From positions 320,001 to 384,000 of the forward strand of contig OZ271918.1 in NCBI GenBank assembly GCA_965602015.1: a stretch of DNA of 64,000 nucleotides, given 5' to 3'. Below are positions 39,569 to 46,971 of this stretch, one piece after another; positions within the stretch are counted from its first letter, which is position 1, and each line of letters opens with the position of its first letter. This stretch comes from Salinispira sp. (lineage in GTDB: Bacteria; Spirochaetota; Spirochaetia; DSM-27196; Salinispiraceae). Both the position numbers and the translations under genes were made by a program. Under the pieces are notes generated by a model. It saw nothing but the letters and a program-made list of their open reading frames with translations. It searched no databases and was not told where the DNA came from.

Positions 39569-40702
39569 TCAGGCCACCGCATAATCGGGAAGATCGATCT
39601 TCAGCGCACTCACCGGTGTCTTCCAGATCCGATGCCAGGTCTTCCATTGGCTGATGTCCAGCACCAGATGATGAACGAATGCCCGCTGTGTAAACATCCG
39701 TTTTACCAACATCAGTACCCGCCTTCGGTCAAACCCCGCAACCTCACCATGGCTGATATCGTTACGTCCGTTTATCCGATACGGCTTGAGCAGGTTATGA
39801 TAGGCGATGTAGATCATCATCCGCTCCATGCTGTTGTTCACCGATTTTGACCACTGCACACTCTGGCGGACATGACAGGATTGATCCTTTCGTATCTCCC
39901 GATCCAGGTAATTCACCGGAAACAGGGGGTTCTCAGTGGTCCTCACTACCCTCGATGAGGTTCGGTGATGGATAACCCGCCCTGCATTTTCCAACGCCGC
40001 CCAGTCCCGGTGAGCGAACAGCTCACGGCGGTATTCGAGTTTTTCATCGCTCAAGAGATAGCATGGCTTCTTCGATGAATAAGCCCTCCACCTGGGAAGA
40101 ATGGTGTTTATCACATCCCGGAAAGATCGCGCAATTTGTCCCCCTGCAATAGGATACCGGCGATTGAGCTCATCGCGCCGGCGCTTTTGCGCGGGGGTCA
40201 TCCGCCCTTTGCGCCGCATCTGCGCATAGTCGCAGGCATAGACAACCTGGCTGTCGCAACCCACCGCGAGGGTGAAGTTGTTCGGCCAGTATTGGCTGTG
40301 CACAAAGCTTTCAAACCCATCAACGGCAATATCCTCATCGATTGTATGATCATTCAATAACTGGGCCATGGCAGCGATTGCCTGACGGGACAATCGGCTC
40401 AGCCGATTGAGAATGACCTTGTCGGTGACATAAAACTCCCGGGCAATGTCGCGGATGCCGGAAGCCGAGTTGATCGAAGAGAAGATGCGCCGGTAATCGA
40501 GGCGATGATGTGCGCGATAATCGAGGTGAAACGCGCTTTCGCAGAAGTATCGACGGCAATGCTTACAGCGATAGCGCTGTGAAGAACCGAGGCGGCGACA
40601 GTGATAGTGGCCGTTTCGGACAAACCAGCATCGGCTTGATTCTCTGTCGCGATGATGCTGAGAGCAGTCCGAGTACGGACAGAATCGGGGGTAAAATGCC
40701 AT
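39569..40702 (-). CDS. Putative transposase (Zn ribbon + HTH + DDE-like domain)
   Basis: CP...C...G....QRYRCKHC zinc ribbon, GIRDIAR HTH, AVDGFESF, LSDE and YHNL.KPYR; the ORF fills the space between the IRs. Confidence 0.82.
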   Translation of the reverse strand: MAFYPRFCPYSDCSQHHRDRESSRCWFVRNGHYHCRRLGSSQRYRCKHCRRYFCESAFHLDYRAHHRLDYRRIFSSINSASGIRDIAREFYVTDKVILNRLSRLSRQAIAAMAQLLNDHTIDEDIAVDGFESFVHSQYWPNNFTLAVGCDSQVVYACDYAQMRRKGRMTPAQKRRRDELNRRYPIAGGQIARSFRDVINTILPRWRAYSSKKPCYLLSDEKLEYRRELFAHRDWAALENAGRVIHHRTSSRVVRTTENPLFPVNYLDREIRKDQSCHVRQSVQWSKSVNNSMERMMIYIAYHNLLKPYRINGRNDISHGEVAGFDRRRVLMLVKRMFTQRAFVHHLVLDISQWKTWHRIWKTPVSALKIDLPDYAVA

Positions 40703-40808
40703 GGTAATCTCCTATGAGCGGTAATCGTGTCATAGAAGACTACTGGCAAAAGAGTTATGTTGATTCGATCAGCTGTTTTGGGGGCATATCTGAAAGCGGT
40801 GCCTCCCC

Positions 40809-40961
40809 GCAAGAGTTTTCATTGTTCTATTACAAAAATTCTGCAAATCGGTTTTGTCCGAGTCATATCTCCGCCATCTACGTGGCATGAAAATGTCCTT
40901 CCAGGGGTGTCGCAATCACTTTGCACAGCCTCGTATTCGCGCTGTAGCCCCAAAAACGCGC
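40809..40961 (-). ncRNA. Predicted bridge/seek RNA, copy 2
   Basis: Same guide-like segments as 11395-11547; three substitutions seen, none in those segments. Confidence 0.75.
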
Positions 40962-42014
40962 TTACCCCTGTCTGGACAAACCCGCTAATGCAGGATCTTT
41001 GTAATGCTGTTCTTTCTGCAATATCCAAAATATTGCTTCTGCTAAGTGCCGTGCCACGGCGATTATTGCAACCTTATGATTACGTTTAGTACGAACTCTC
41101 TTGTAGAGTTTTACCGTATGTCGGTTCGCCCAATTTCTTTGATTAAGACAGGTTACATTAGCTGCTTCAGTAAGTGCCCACTTCAAGTATCGATTACATG
41201 CTTTCGATGTTCGACCATAATGGATTTTACCTCCGCTCGAGTGAACGCGCGGCGTTGTACCACAGTATGATGCAAAATGTTCAGCGGTCTTAAAGCGATG
41301 TATGTCTCCAATTTCATGCACAATGACTGCGCTGAGAATAAATCCGATCCCGGGAATGGATTTCACCAACTTCATTTCAGCATTTTCATCAAACGCTTCA
41401 TGCATTCGTTGTTCGCAGTCGGTGATAGATTGCTTAATAAACGCGAGATTATCGAGCTTGAGTTTCATCATGCTGCGGGTATGCTCGGGGAGTTTTGGCA
41501 TTACCTTCTTCATGGCTTCTGTACCTGCTTTTCCGAACAGATCGCTCACATCATTGAATCGAAACCCATATTTCTCGAACCCGGCATGAATTTGATTCTT
41601 TTCACGTATCAACTCCTGAACGAACTGCATCCGGGTTCGATAGAGTTCTCGTTTATCACGCAATTCTCCTGGTGGAATCCACACAGTAGGCAGTGTGCCT
41701 GCTTTTTGAAGTTTATTGAGACCTTCAGCATCGAGTTTGTCAGTTTTGTTAAACATGGCCATCATCAATTTTGACTTACCGGCATGAACCAGCAAGGGGT
41801 TCATGCCGGCCTCCTCAATCTCATCCACGATCCAGTACCAACTTCCGATCGTTTCAAGTGCGACTTCCTGTCCCGGCTCAAATTGTTGGAGGAAATCACG
41901 AATACACCCGTGAGAATGTTCTATGCGCTGTGAGGATTTCCTTCCATTTTCGTTCTCAATTGCAGCCACGGTATACCGTTTATGGCTGTCGAGGGATATA
42001 ATAGTATTACTCAT
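40962..42014 (-). CDS. IS110-family DEDD recombinase/transposase
   Basis: 350 aa, intact DEDD and SSGG motifs, about 8 substitutions versus copy 1. Confidence 0.96.
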   Translation of the reverse strand: MSNTIISLDSHKRYTVAAIENENGRKSSQRIEHSHGCIRDFLQQFEPGQEVALETIGSWYWIVDEIEEAGMNPLLVHAGKSKLMMAMFNKTDKLDAEGLNKLQKAGTLPTVWIPPGELRDKRELYRTRMQFVQELIREKNQIHAGFEKYGFRFNDVSDLFGKAGTEAMKKVMPKLPEHTRSMMKLKLDNLAFIKQSITDCEQRMHEAFDENAEMKLVKSIPGIGFILSAVIVHEIGDIHRFKTAEHFASYCGTTPRVHSSGGKIHYGRTSKACNRYLKWALTEAANVTCLNQRNWANRHTVKLYKRVRTKRNHKVAIIAVARHLAEAIFWILQKEQHYKDPALAGLSRQG

Positions 42015-42111
42015 TTGGTTGTCCTCCTCCGGTATTTAATATAGACCCTGACTGGCAGGATCTCGGGGGAGGCACCGCTTTCATACCATCACTTCAAAAA
42101 TAATCCCGGCG

Positions 42112-43374
42112 TCACTCAAAATCCGATATTATCACCCGCAAATCCTCATAATCGGGAACCCGGTAATCTTTAGCCTTCAGGCGGTGGTCAAAATAAGCCC
42201 TGATCTGCTGCCTTTGGTATTCCATAAAGACCTGAGGTTTCACCGACCCGATCATACCCAGCCATTGAACTACCGGGGCATACATATAGAGGGTGGTGAA
42301 CTGCTGATGGGTGATGTTTTCGATCTGATACAGCTCAACCGGTGATTCTAATGCGGAGACAAAGGGCATAAGGTAACCGTCATTGATTCCTCCCTCCCAC
42401 TGAGCGCTGCGAAGGAAAAGGGATGGCAGCTCATATTCCCCCGATTCCAAGTCTGGCCGCCCCACCGGCTCGACCCAGGCATCCAGCCCGACGAGGGCCT
42501 GGATCGACGGATAATCCGTTGATTGCTCACCGGCAGCCTCGAGTTCTCTGCGGTAGTCAATTGCCAGCCGCACCATGGCTCCCCCGCCTGTGGAATGCCC
42601 CAAGAGGCCGATTCGCGATAGATCCAGTTTTCCCGCGAGAGATATACGGTGCTGAAGTCCGCCCGGCTCAGACCCGGCTTGAATGTCCATCAGGTGATCG
42701 AGGATAAATCTGTTGTCATCGGCGAAGGTTTGAACCAGTCGGGAAGACAGGCGGGGAAAATCCGGGGAATTCTCTCGAAGGGGCAGGATATCATCCCCGG
42801 ATTGGATGATTCTGCCGTCTTCCAAAACCACCGCTGCCGCACCGTAGCTGTGGTCTGCTGCGGCAACCAGGTAGCCGTGGCTGGCCAGCTCTTCGGCCAC
42901 ATCGACGTGAAGTCCCCGGTATCCCTCCCAGCCGTGCGAAATGATGATAACCGGGAACCGTTCCCCTTCCGGGCTTATCGCCGGATGAGCTCCTTCAATG
43001 CTGTTGGCCGCCATAAATCCGGTGTGATTCCAGATAAAGCCCGGGAAGCCGTGGGTGTTTACAATTGCCCGGATCTGACGTCTGCCTTCGGGAATCCATC
43101 GCAGCATCCGACGGGTATTTCTCTGTTCATCCGTCGGATACCAAAGCTGAAGCCGAATAGTCCGGGGGCCGGGTGTATCACCGCGAATTGGGGCATAGGA
43201 CTCAGCGCGATCCGGATCGGAAATATCATAGACCACACTGCCCACGGCAAAGGGGCCCGTAGGCTCCGGGAGGTTTCTGGGGGGCATGGCAATGCCCCAC
43301 ATAAAAACCACTCCGATTGCCAGAATAATGACAATAGTAAACAGCAGGATAAAAAGAAGGCGTTTGGCGCTCAT
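42112..43374 (-). CDS. Alpha/beta hydrolase (PAF-acetylhydrolase-like)
   Basis: PTGPFAVG, ELASHGY, GHSTGG nucleophile elbow and LDAW motifs. Confidence 0.85.
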   Translation of the reverse strand: MSAKRLLFILLFTIVIILAIGVVFMWGIAMPPRNLPEPTGPFAVGSVVYDISDPDRAESYAPIRGDTPGPRTIRLQLWYPTDEQRNTRRMLRWIPEGRRQIRAIVNTHGFPGFIWNHTGFMAANSIEGAHPAISPEGERFPVIIISHGWEGYRGLHVDVAEELASHGYLVAAADHSYGAAAVVLEDGRIIQSGDDILPLRENSPDFPRLSSRLVQTFADDNRFILDHLMDIQAGSEPGGLQHRISLAGKLDLSRIGLLGHSTGGGAMVRLAIDYRRELEAAGEQSTDYPSIQALVGLDAWVEPVGRPDLESGEYELPSLFLRSAQWEGGINDGYLMPFVSALESPVELYQIENITHQQFTTLYMYAPVVQWLGMIGSVKPQVFMEYQRQQIRAYFDHRLKAKDYRVPDYEDLRVIISDFE

Positions 43375-43449
43375 GCTTGTAATCTACTGTGAGGGCGGAT
43401 ATTCGACTATAATTAGCGTAAAAATCTCGGCCTGTGCTCGCACTCGCTT

Positions 43450-43998
43450 ATGGAGGTGACCGTGAAAAATCGTCTGTACTGCGTATTGGGAGACATTACC
43501 AGCCTATCGGTGGACGCCATTGTCAATGCGGCCAACCCCTCCTTACTGGGGGGCGGAGGTGTCGACGGGGCCATACATCGAGCCGCCGGCCCCAAGCTGC
43601 TCGAAGCCTGCCGTGAAGTTCGGCGCGAAAAGCATCCCGACGGTTTGCCCACCGGCCGGGCAGTGTTGACTCCGGGATTTAATCTACGTGCCCGGTATGT
43701 TATTCACTGCGTCGGCCCGGTCTACCCGGATCACAGTGCCGATGAGGCTGACTATCTTCTTACATCCGCCTACATAAACTGTCTGCACATTGCCGCCGAA
43801 AAGGGTGACATTCATTCCATTGCCTTTCCGGCAATCTCAACCGGGGTATATGGTTTTCCTCCCAAGCAGGCTGCCGAGCTGATTACCCGGGAGCTGAACC
43901 GCTGGGTAACAGAGAATGACCATCCGCAGTTCATAACACTCTGTCTTTTTTCCCCGGGAGATTACCGCGTCTGGGAAACCGCGTTATCTTCGCTTTGA
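43450..43998 (+). CDS. Macro-domain O-acetyl-ADP-ribose deacetylase (YmdB-like)
   Basis: GDIT, DAIVNAAN.SLLGGGGVDGAIH and AFPAISTGVYGFP motifs. Confidence 0.92.
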   Translation: MEVTVKNRLYCVLGDITSLSVDAIVNAANPSLLGGGGVDGAIHRAAGPKLLEACREVRREKHPDGLPTGRAVLTPGFNLRARYVIHCVGPVYPDHSADEADYLLTSAYINCLHIAAEKGDIHSIAFPAISTGVYGFPPKQAAELITRELNRWVTENDHPQFITLCLFSPGDYRVWETALSSL

Positions 43999-45200
43999 GG
44001 AAGAACTTCGACGCCGTCTTTCCGGGTCTCCTTGAGACCGAAAAGCAGCACTAGACCTGCTGCAAGCCCGATTCCCGCGGCTGCCAGAGGAGCGGCCCAC
44101 AGGCTCAGACTGGCTGCGATATACCCGGCAAGTATCGGACCGCTTAACATGCTGCTGTCGGTGACGAAACGCCATATTCCCAGAAATTCCGATGCTGCAT
44201 GCCGTGGAGCGAGGTCCGAGCTTATCGTCATATTTATGCCGCTGCCCAAACCGTTGGCAAGGGATATAAGCAGGTATACTGCGGTTAGGGCTGCAAGACC
44301 TGTCGCTAAGGGGATCAAGGCCATGGCTGCTGCGAAGCCGAGGGTGCAGGGAACCGCAGCCCATTTCCGGCCCGCCCGGTCCATAACCAATCCCGCGGGA
44401 ACAACCAGGGCGGTTTCCACCAGGCCGCCGGCGCTGGTTATTCCGCCAAGCGCCAGGGCCGAGACGCCGATGCTGTCGGCCCACAGAGGGATGATGAGGT
44501 TCCGGCTCATCCTTAGCAGCATCAATCCGGTGATGCCGATCATGGCCGCGGCAATATTCCCGCCGTTTTCCCGGAACGTTTTCCCCAGCACCGCGAGCGG
44601 TGGGTGATGCACACTTCCCGGAGTCTCCCCTCGCTTTAACATCAGCCCCAGGGCGACTGCTCCCAGGCCGAAGAAAATCGCCTGAAGCACATAAAGCTGA
44701 CGGAAGCCCATAAACTGCACGACGGCTCCACCCAGGGCTGGAGTTAGTACCCGGGCGATACGCATAATCCCGCCCATAAACGCCATGGTGCGCCCTCGAA
44801 GTTCCTGGGGAACGTGTCGGCGGATGTAAGCAGTGCGGCCTATCCCGAAGGCCGATGCGAACATTCCGAACACCGCCGAAATGATAAAAAGCTGCCAAGG
44901 CTCGGTTGCAGCGGCCCGGGCCAGACCGCAGAGCACCATGCCGGTCAGCGAGGTGAGCAGGAATGTCTTTTCCCTGATTCTTCCGGCGATCCAGCCGCCG
45001 GGAAGGTCGAAAATAAGGTGTCCGATTCCGCTACCCGCGGCGATCAACCCAATCATCGCCACATCCGCGCCGAGCTTTTGCGACCACAGGGGGTTGAAAG
45101 CCATGGTCATCGATGCGCCAAGCTGCACAAGCAGGTTGGGTACATATATTGAGAGGCTTGTACGAATGATGGCGCGATTATTCACGTCTCCATTATACAT
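43962..45200 (-). CDS. MFS transporter
   Basis: About 12 TM segments; G..MDRAGRK and RGR.M motifs. Confidence 0.88.
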   Translation of the reverse strand: MYNGDVNNRAIIRTSLSIYVPNLLVQLGASMTMAFNPLWSQKLGADVAMIGLIAAGSGIGHLIFDLPGGWIAGRIREKTFLLTSLTGMVLCGLARAAATEPWQLFIISAVFGMFASAFGIGRTAYIRRHVPQELRGRTMAFMGGIMRIARVLTPALGGAVVQFMGFRQLYVLQAIFFGLGAVALGLMLKRGETPGSVHHPPLAVLGKTFRENGGNIAAAMIGITGLMLLRMSRNLIIPLWADSIGVSALALGGITSAGGLVETALVVPAGLVMDRAGRKWAAVPCTLGFAAAMALIPLATGLAALTAVYLLISLANGLGSGINMTISSDLAPRHAASEFLGIWRFVTDSSMLSGPILAGYIAASLSLWAAPLAAAGIGLAAGLVLLFGLKETRKDGVEVLPQSEDNAVSQTR

Positions 45201-45213
45201 TATTCGACTCGAG

Positions 45214-45236
45214 TGCCCCGAAAACAGCTGATTTTC
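45214..45236 (+). repeat. Solo copy of the IS/MITE end motif
   Basis: tgccccgaaaacagctgattttc. Confidence 0.85.
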
Positions 45237-45309
45237 CGGCGGTACACTGCTTTTAAGGACCCATCAAAATATCCCCTGGCAGCCCACAGGGTAAAAGGCT
45301 TTGGAGCTG

Positions 45310-45867
45310 TCACAAATCGTATCGATAGACAGGAGTACTTAAAGCTCCCTCGCTGATTCTTTTCTCCGTAGCAGTCCATCCGGGCATGGCAAATGCTACC
45401 GAGATTAACCGGGCATTATCCGGCTGGTCTTCTTCAAATCGGTGCCTCAGCCGGCGCATTGCGGGGCCTGATAGATAGGCGATATAGACTCTTTGCCCCT
45501 GCAGCCCTGATTCGAGAAAATTGCCTCTGACAAATACGACGTTTGGCCGGCAGGCGGAAGGGCGCAGTAGCCGCTCGACAATTTGTCCAGCGCGGCATGT
45601 AAGGTAGGGTAGTGCCCCGCCTTCGATGCCGAAGAAGTTACGGTCGGGAAAGCGGCTGGCGAGGTACCTCAGCATCCCGCCCCAGCCGGATCCCAAGTCA
45701 ATGACAACATAATCTGGGGGCAGACCTGCAATGATGTCCCCTACGGTCTTTCTTTCGTTGTGTGTAGTCGGGGATGGGGCAACGCCGAAGCGCATGGCCG
45801 ACCACAGCAGACTAAGGAGGATTTTGAGACCGATTGCGACAACTATCAGTATCAACAGGCTTGGCAT
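45310..45867 (-). CDS. Class I SAM-dependent methyltransferase with N-terminal TM anchor
   Basis: G..PSPT, IDLGSGWGG, YL...M..L and LIS..F..PGW motifs. Confidence 0.82.
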   Translation of the reverse strand: MPSLLILIVVAIGLKILLSLLWSAMRFGVAPSPTTHNERKTVGDIIAGLPPDYVVIDLGSGWGGMLRYLASRFPDRNFFGIEGGALPYLTCRAGQIVERLLRPSACRPNVVFVRGNFLESGLQGQRVYIAYLSGPAMRRLRHRFEEDQPDNARLISVAFAMPGWTATEKRISEGALSTPVYRYDL

Positions 45868-45892
45868 GGTCTTAGTTCATAAATTCGCCGTT

Positions 45893-46204
45893 TCATGCTG
45901 ATATTTCGCCGTTTCCGACTTCCGGCCTCGGACGGGAAAAGCGCTCTATCAGCTGGTCAATACTCATTCGCCTGCCGCCCTGGCTTCCGGGTTCGACGAC
46001 AAGGAGGCGATCGGACTCATACTCTTTTCCTCCAATGAGAATCAGGATTTCATCACCGGCTTCGCCGGTCCTGCTGCGGCTTCCGCCGGTAAAACGCCAC
46101 GGGTCGAGGCTGCAGGGTATGCCCTCCTGTCGGAATTCATCGAAGGCAATATCTGCGTATCCCTGGTAGCGATGGTGCATTGGACATATCCGTAACTGGT
46201 GCAT
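45893..46204 (-). CDS. Small protein resembling a stand-alone class IIa (ThrRS-like) anticodon-binding domain
   Basis: RBS aggagg; pattern Q..I.P......YA........GI....D......ILIG.KE.E.........MSIDQLIE. Confidence 0.65.
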   Translation of the reverse strand: MHQLRICPMHHRYQGYADIAFDEFRQEGIPCSLDPWRFTGGSRSRTGEAGDEILILIGGKEYESDRLLVVEPGSQGGRRMSIDQLIERFSRPRPEVGNGEISA

Positions 46205-46253
46205 CTGTTCCTCCTGGGAATCCCCGCGGGGGCATTGATGCGTATCGCTACAC

Positions 46254-46279
46254 AAAAAAAGCCCCGCATTTTGCGGGGC
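46254..46279 (-). terminator. Intrinsic terminator (attenuator)
   Basis: Minus strand gccccgca-aaa-tgcggggc followed by T7. Confidence 0.88.
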
Positions 46280-46299
46280 CTTGACGGTCTGGTTTATAA

Positions 46300-46380
46300 T
46301 CAGTCCGATCTACCCGTCCCCGCAATTCCGGTATTGCTGAGATTCATCCAATTATTGGTTCGGGTAGTTTTCGCGCTCAT
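46300..46380 (-). CDS. Putative attenuator leader peptide MSAKTTRTNNWMNLSNTGIAGTGRSD
   Basis: 26-aa ORF between a promoter and a terminator; its 3' part is complementary to the terminator 5' arm. Confidence 0.65.
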   Translation of the reverse strand: MSAKTTRTNNWMNLSNTGIAGTGRSD

Positions 46381-46389
46381 TAGAAGTGA

Positions 46390-46418
46390 ATGCTATTGAA
46401 GCCGGAGATTCTTGTCAA
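46390..46418 (-). promoter_or_regulatory. Sigma70-type promoter
   Basis: TTGACA-17bp-TAGCAT on the minus strand. Confidence 0.7.
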
Positions 46419-46490
46419 GCGGGCAGGGCAGTGCTGATTATTTGCGCTTTTCCTCTGTGAGATGTATGTTTTTTACAGGGAGGACAATCC

Positions 46491-46889
46491 ATGAACCGCG
46501 AATCATCCGGACGACCGACGGGGCAAACCGCCGACGGCAGCTTTCAGCTCGGTATACGACGTACCCTTCCTTTTGACATGGCCGAGCTCTGGCGGCGGGC
46601 TGGCCCCGACTCTGCGATGTGGAAAGCTCCCGAGGGCGGGTCTGCTCTGGTGACTACCCTTTCCGAGGGCAACCATTTCAGAATGAAATGGATGGATCCC
46701 CGTTGGATTTCCCATTCCATCCTTCAGGTGCGGGTCCTCCCGTCGCGGCGCCCTTCCTCGTCAGTGCTTGCCATCCATCAGGAAAAACTGCCGGATCAGG
46801 CCAGCAGAGCAACACTTTTGGCTCATTGGAAATCGCTGGTCGATGAATTTGTGGATGGAAGTAAACCGGGCGGCGTGAGAGGCGATTGA
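46491..46889 (+). CDS. Hypothetical protein, SRPBCC/AHA1-like
   Basis: RBS ggagga; GQT.D..FQ.G.RRT...S.LQVRV...HQEKL...HWK pattern. Confidence 0.65.
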   Translation: MNRESSGRPTGQTADGSFQLGIRRTLPFDMAELWRRAGPDSAMWKAPEGGSALVTTLSEGNHFRMKWMDPRWISHSILQVRVLPSRRPSSSVLAIHQEKLPDQASRATLLAHWKSLVDEFVDGSKPGGVRGD

Positions 46890-46971
46890 CAAAAACTATA
46901 GCAAAATCTTGAAACCACCTATGAGGCAAAGTTCCGATTCCTTAACTATAATTAGAGTGGAGGAATGTACT

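Larger units (their letters stand above)
40787..42091 (-). mobile_element. IS110-family element, IS1111 type, copy 2 (1305 bp)
   Basis: Subterminal IRs at 40791-40808 and 42066-42083; CA core at both junctions; same length as copy 1. Confidence 0.95.
39534..42097 (-). mobile_element. IS1/IS1595-like insertion sequence whose upstream IR is interrupted by IS110 copy 2
   Basis: Removing 40787-42091 restores a perfect 24-bp IR tgaagtgcccccaaaacagctgat; flanking 7-bp direct repeat aaataat (39527-39533 and 42098-42104). Confidence 0.88.
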
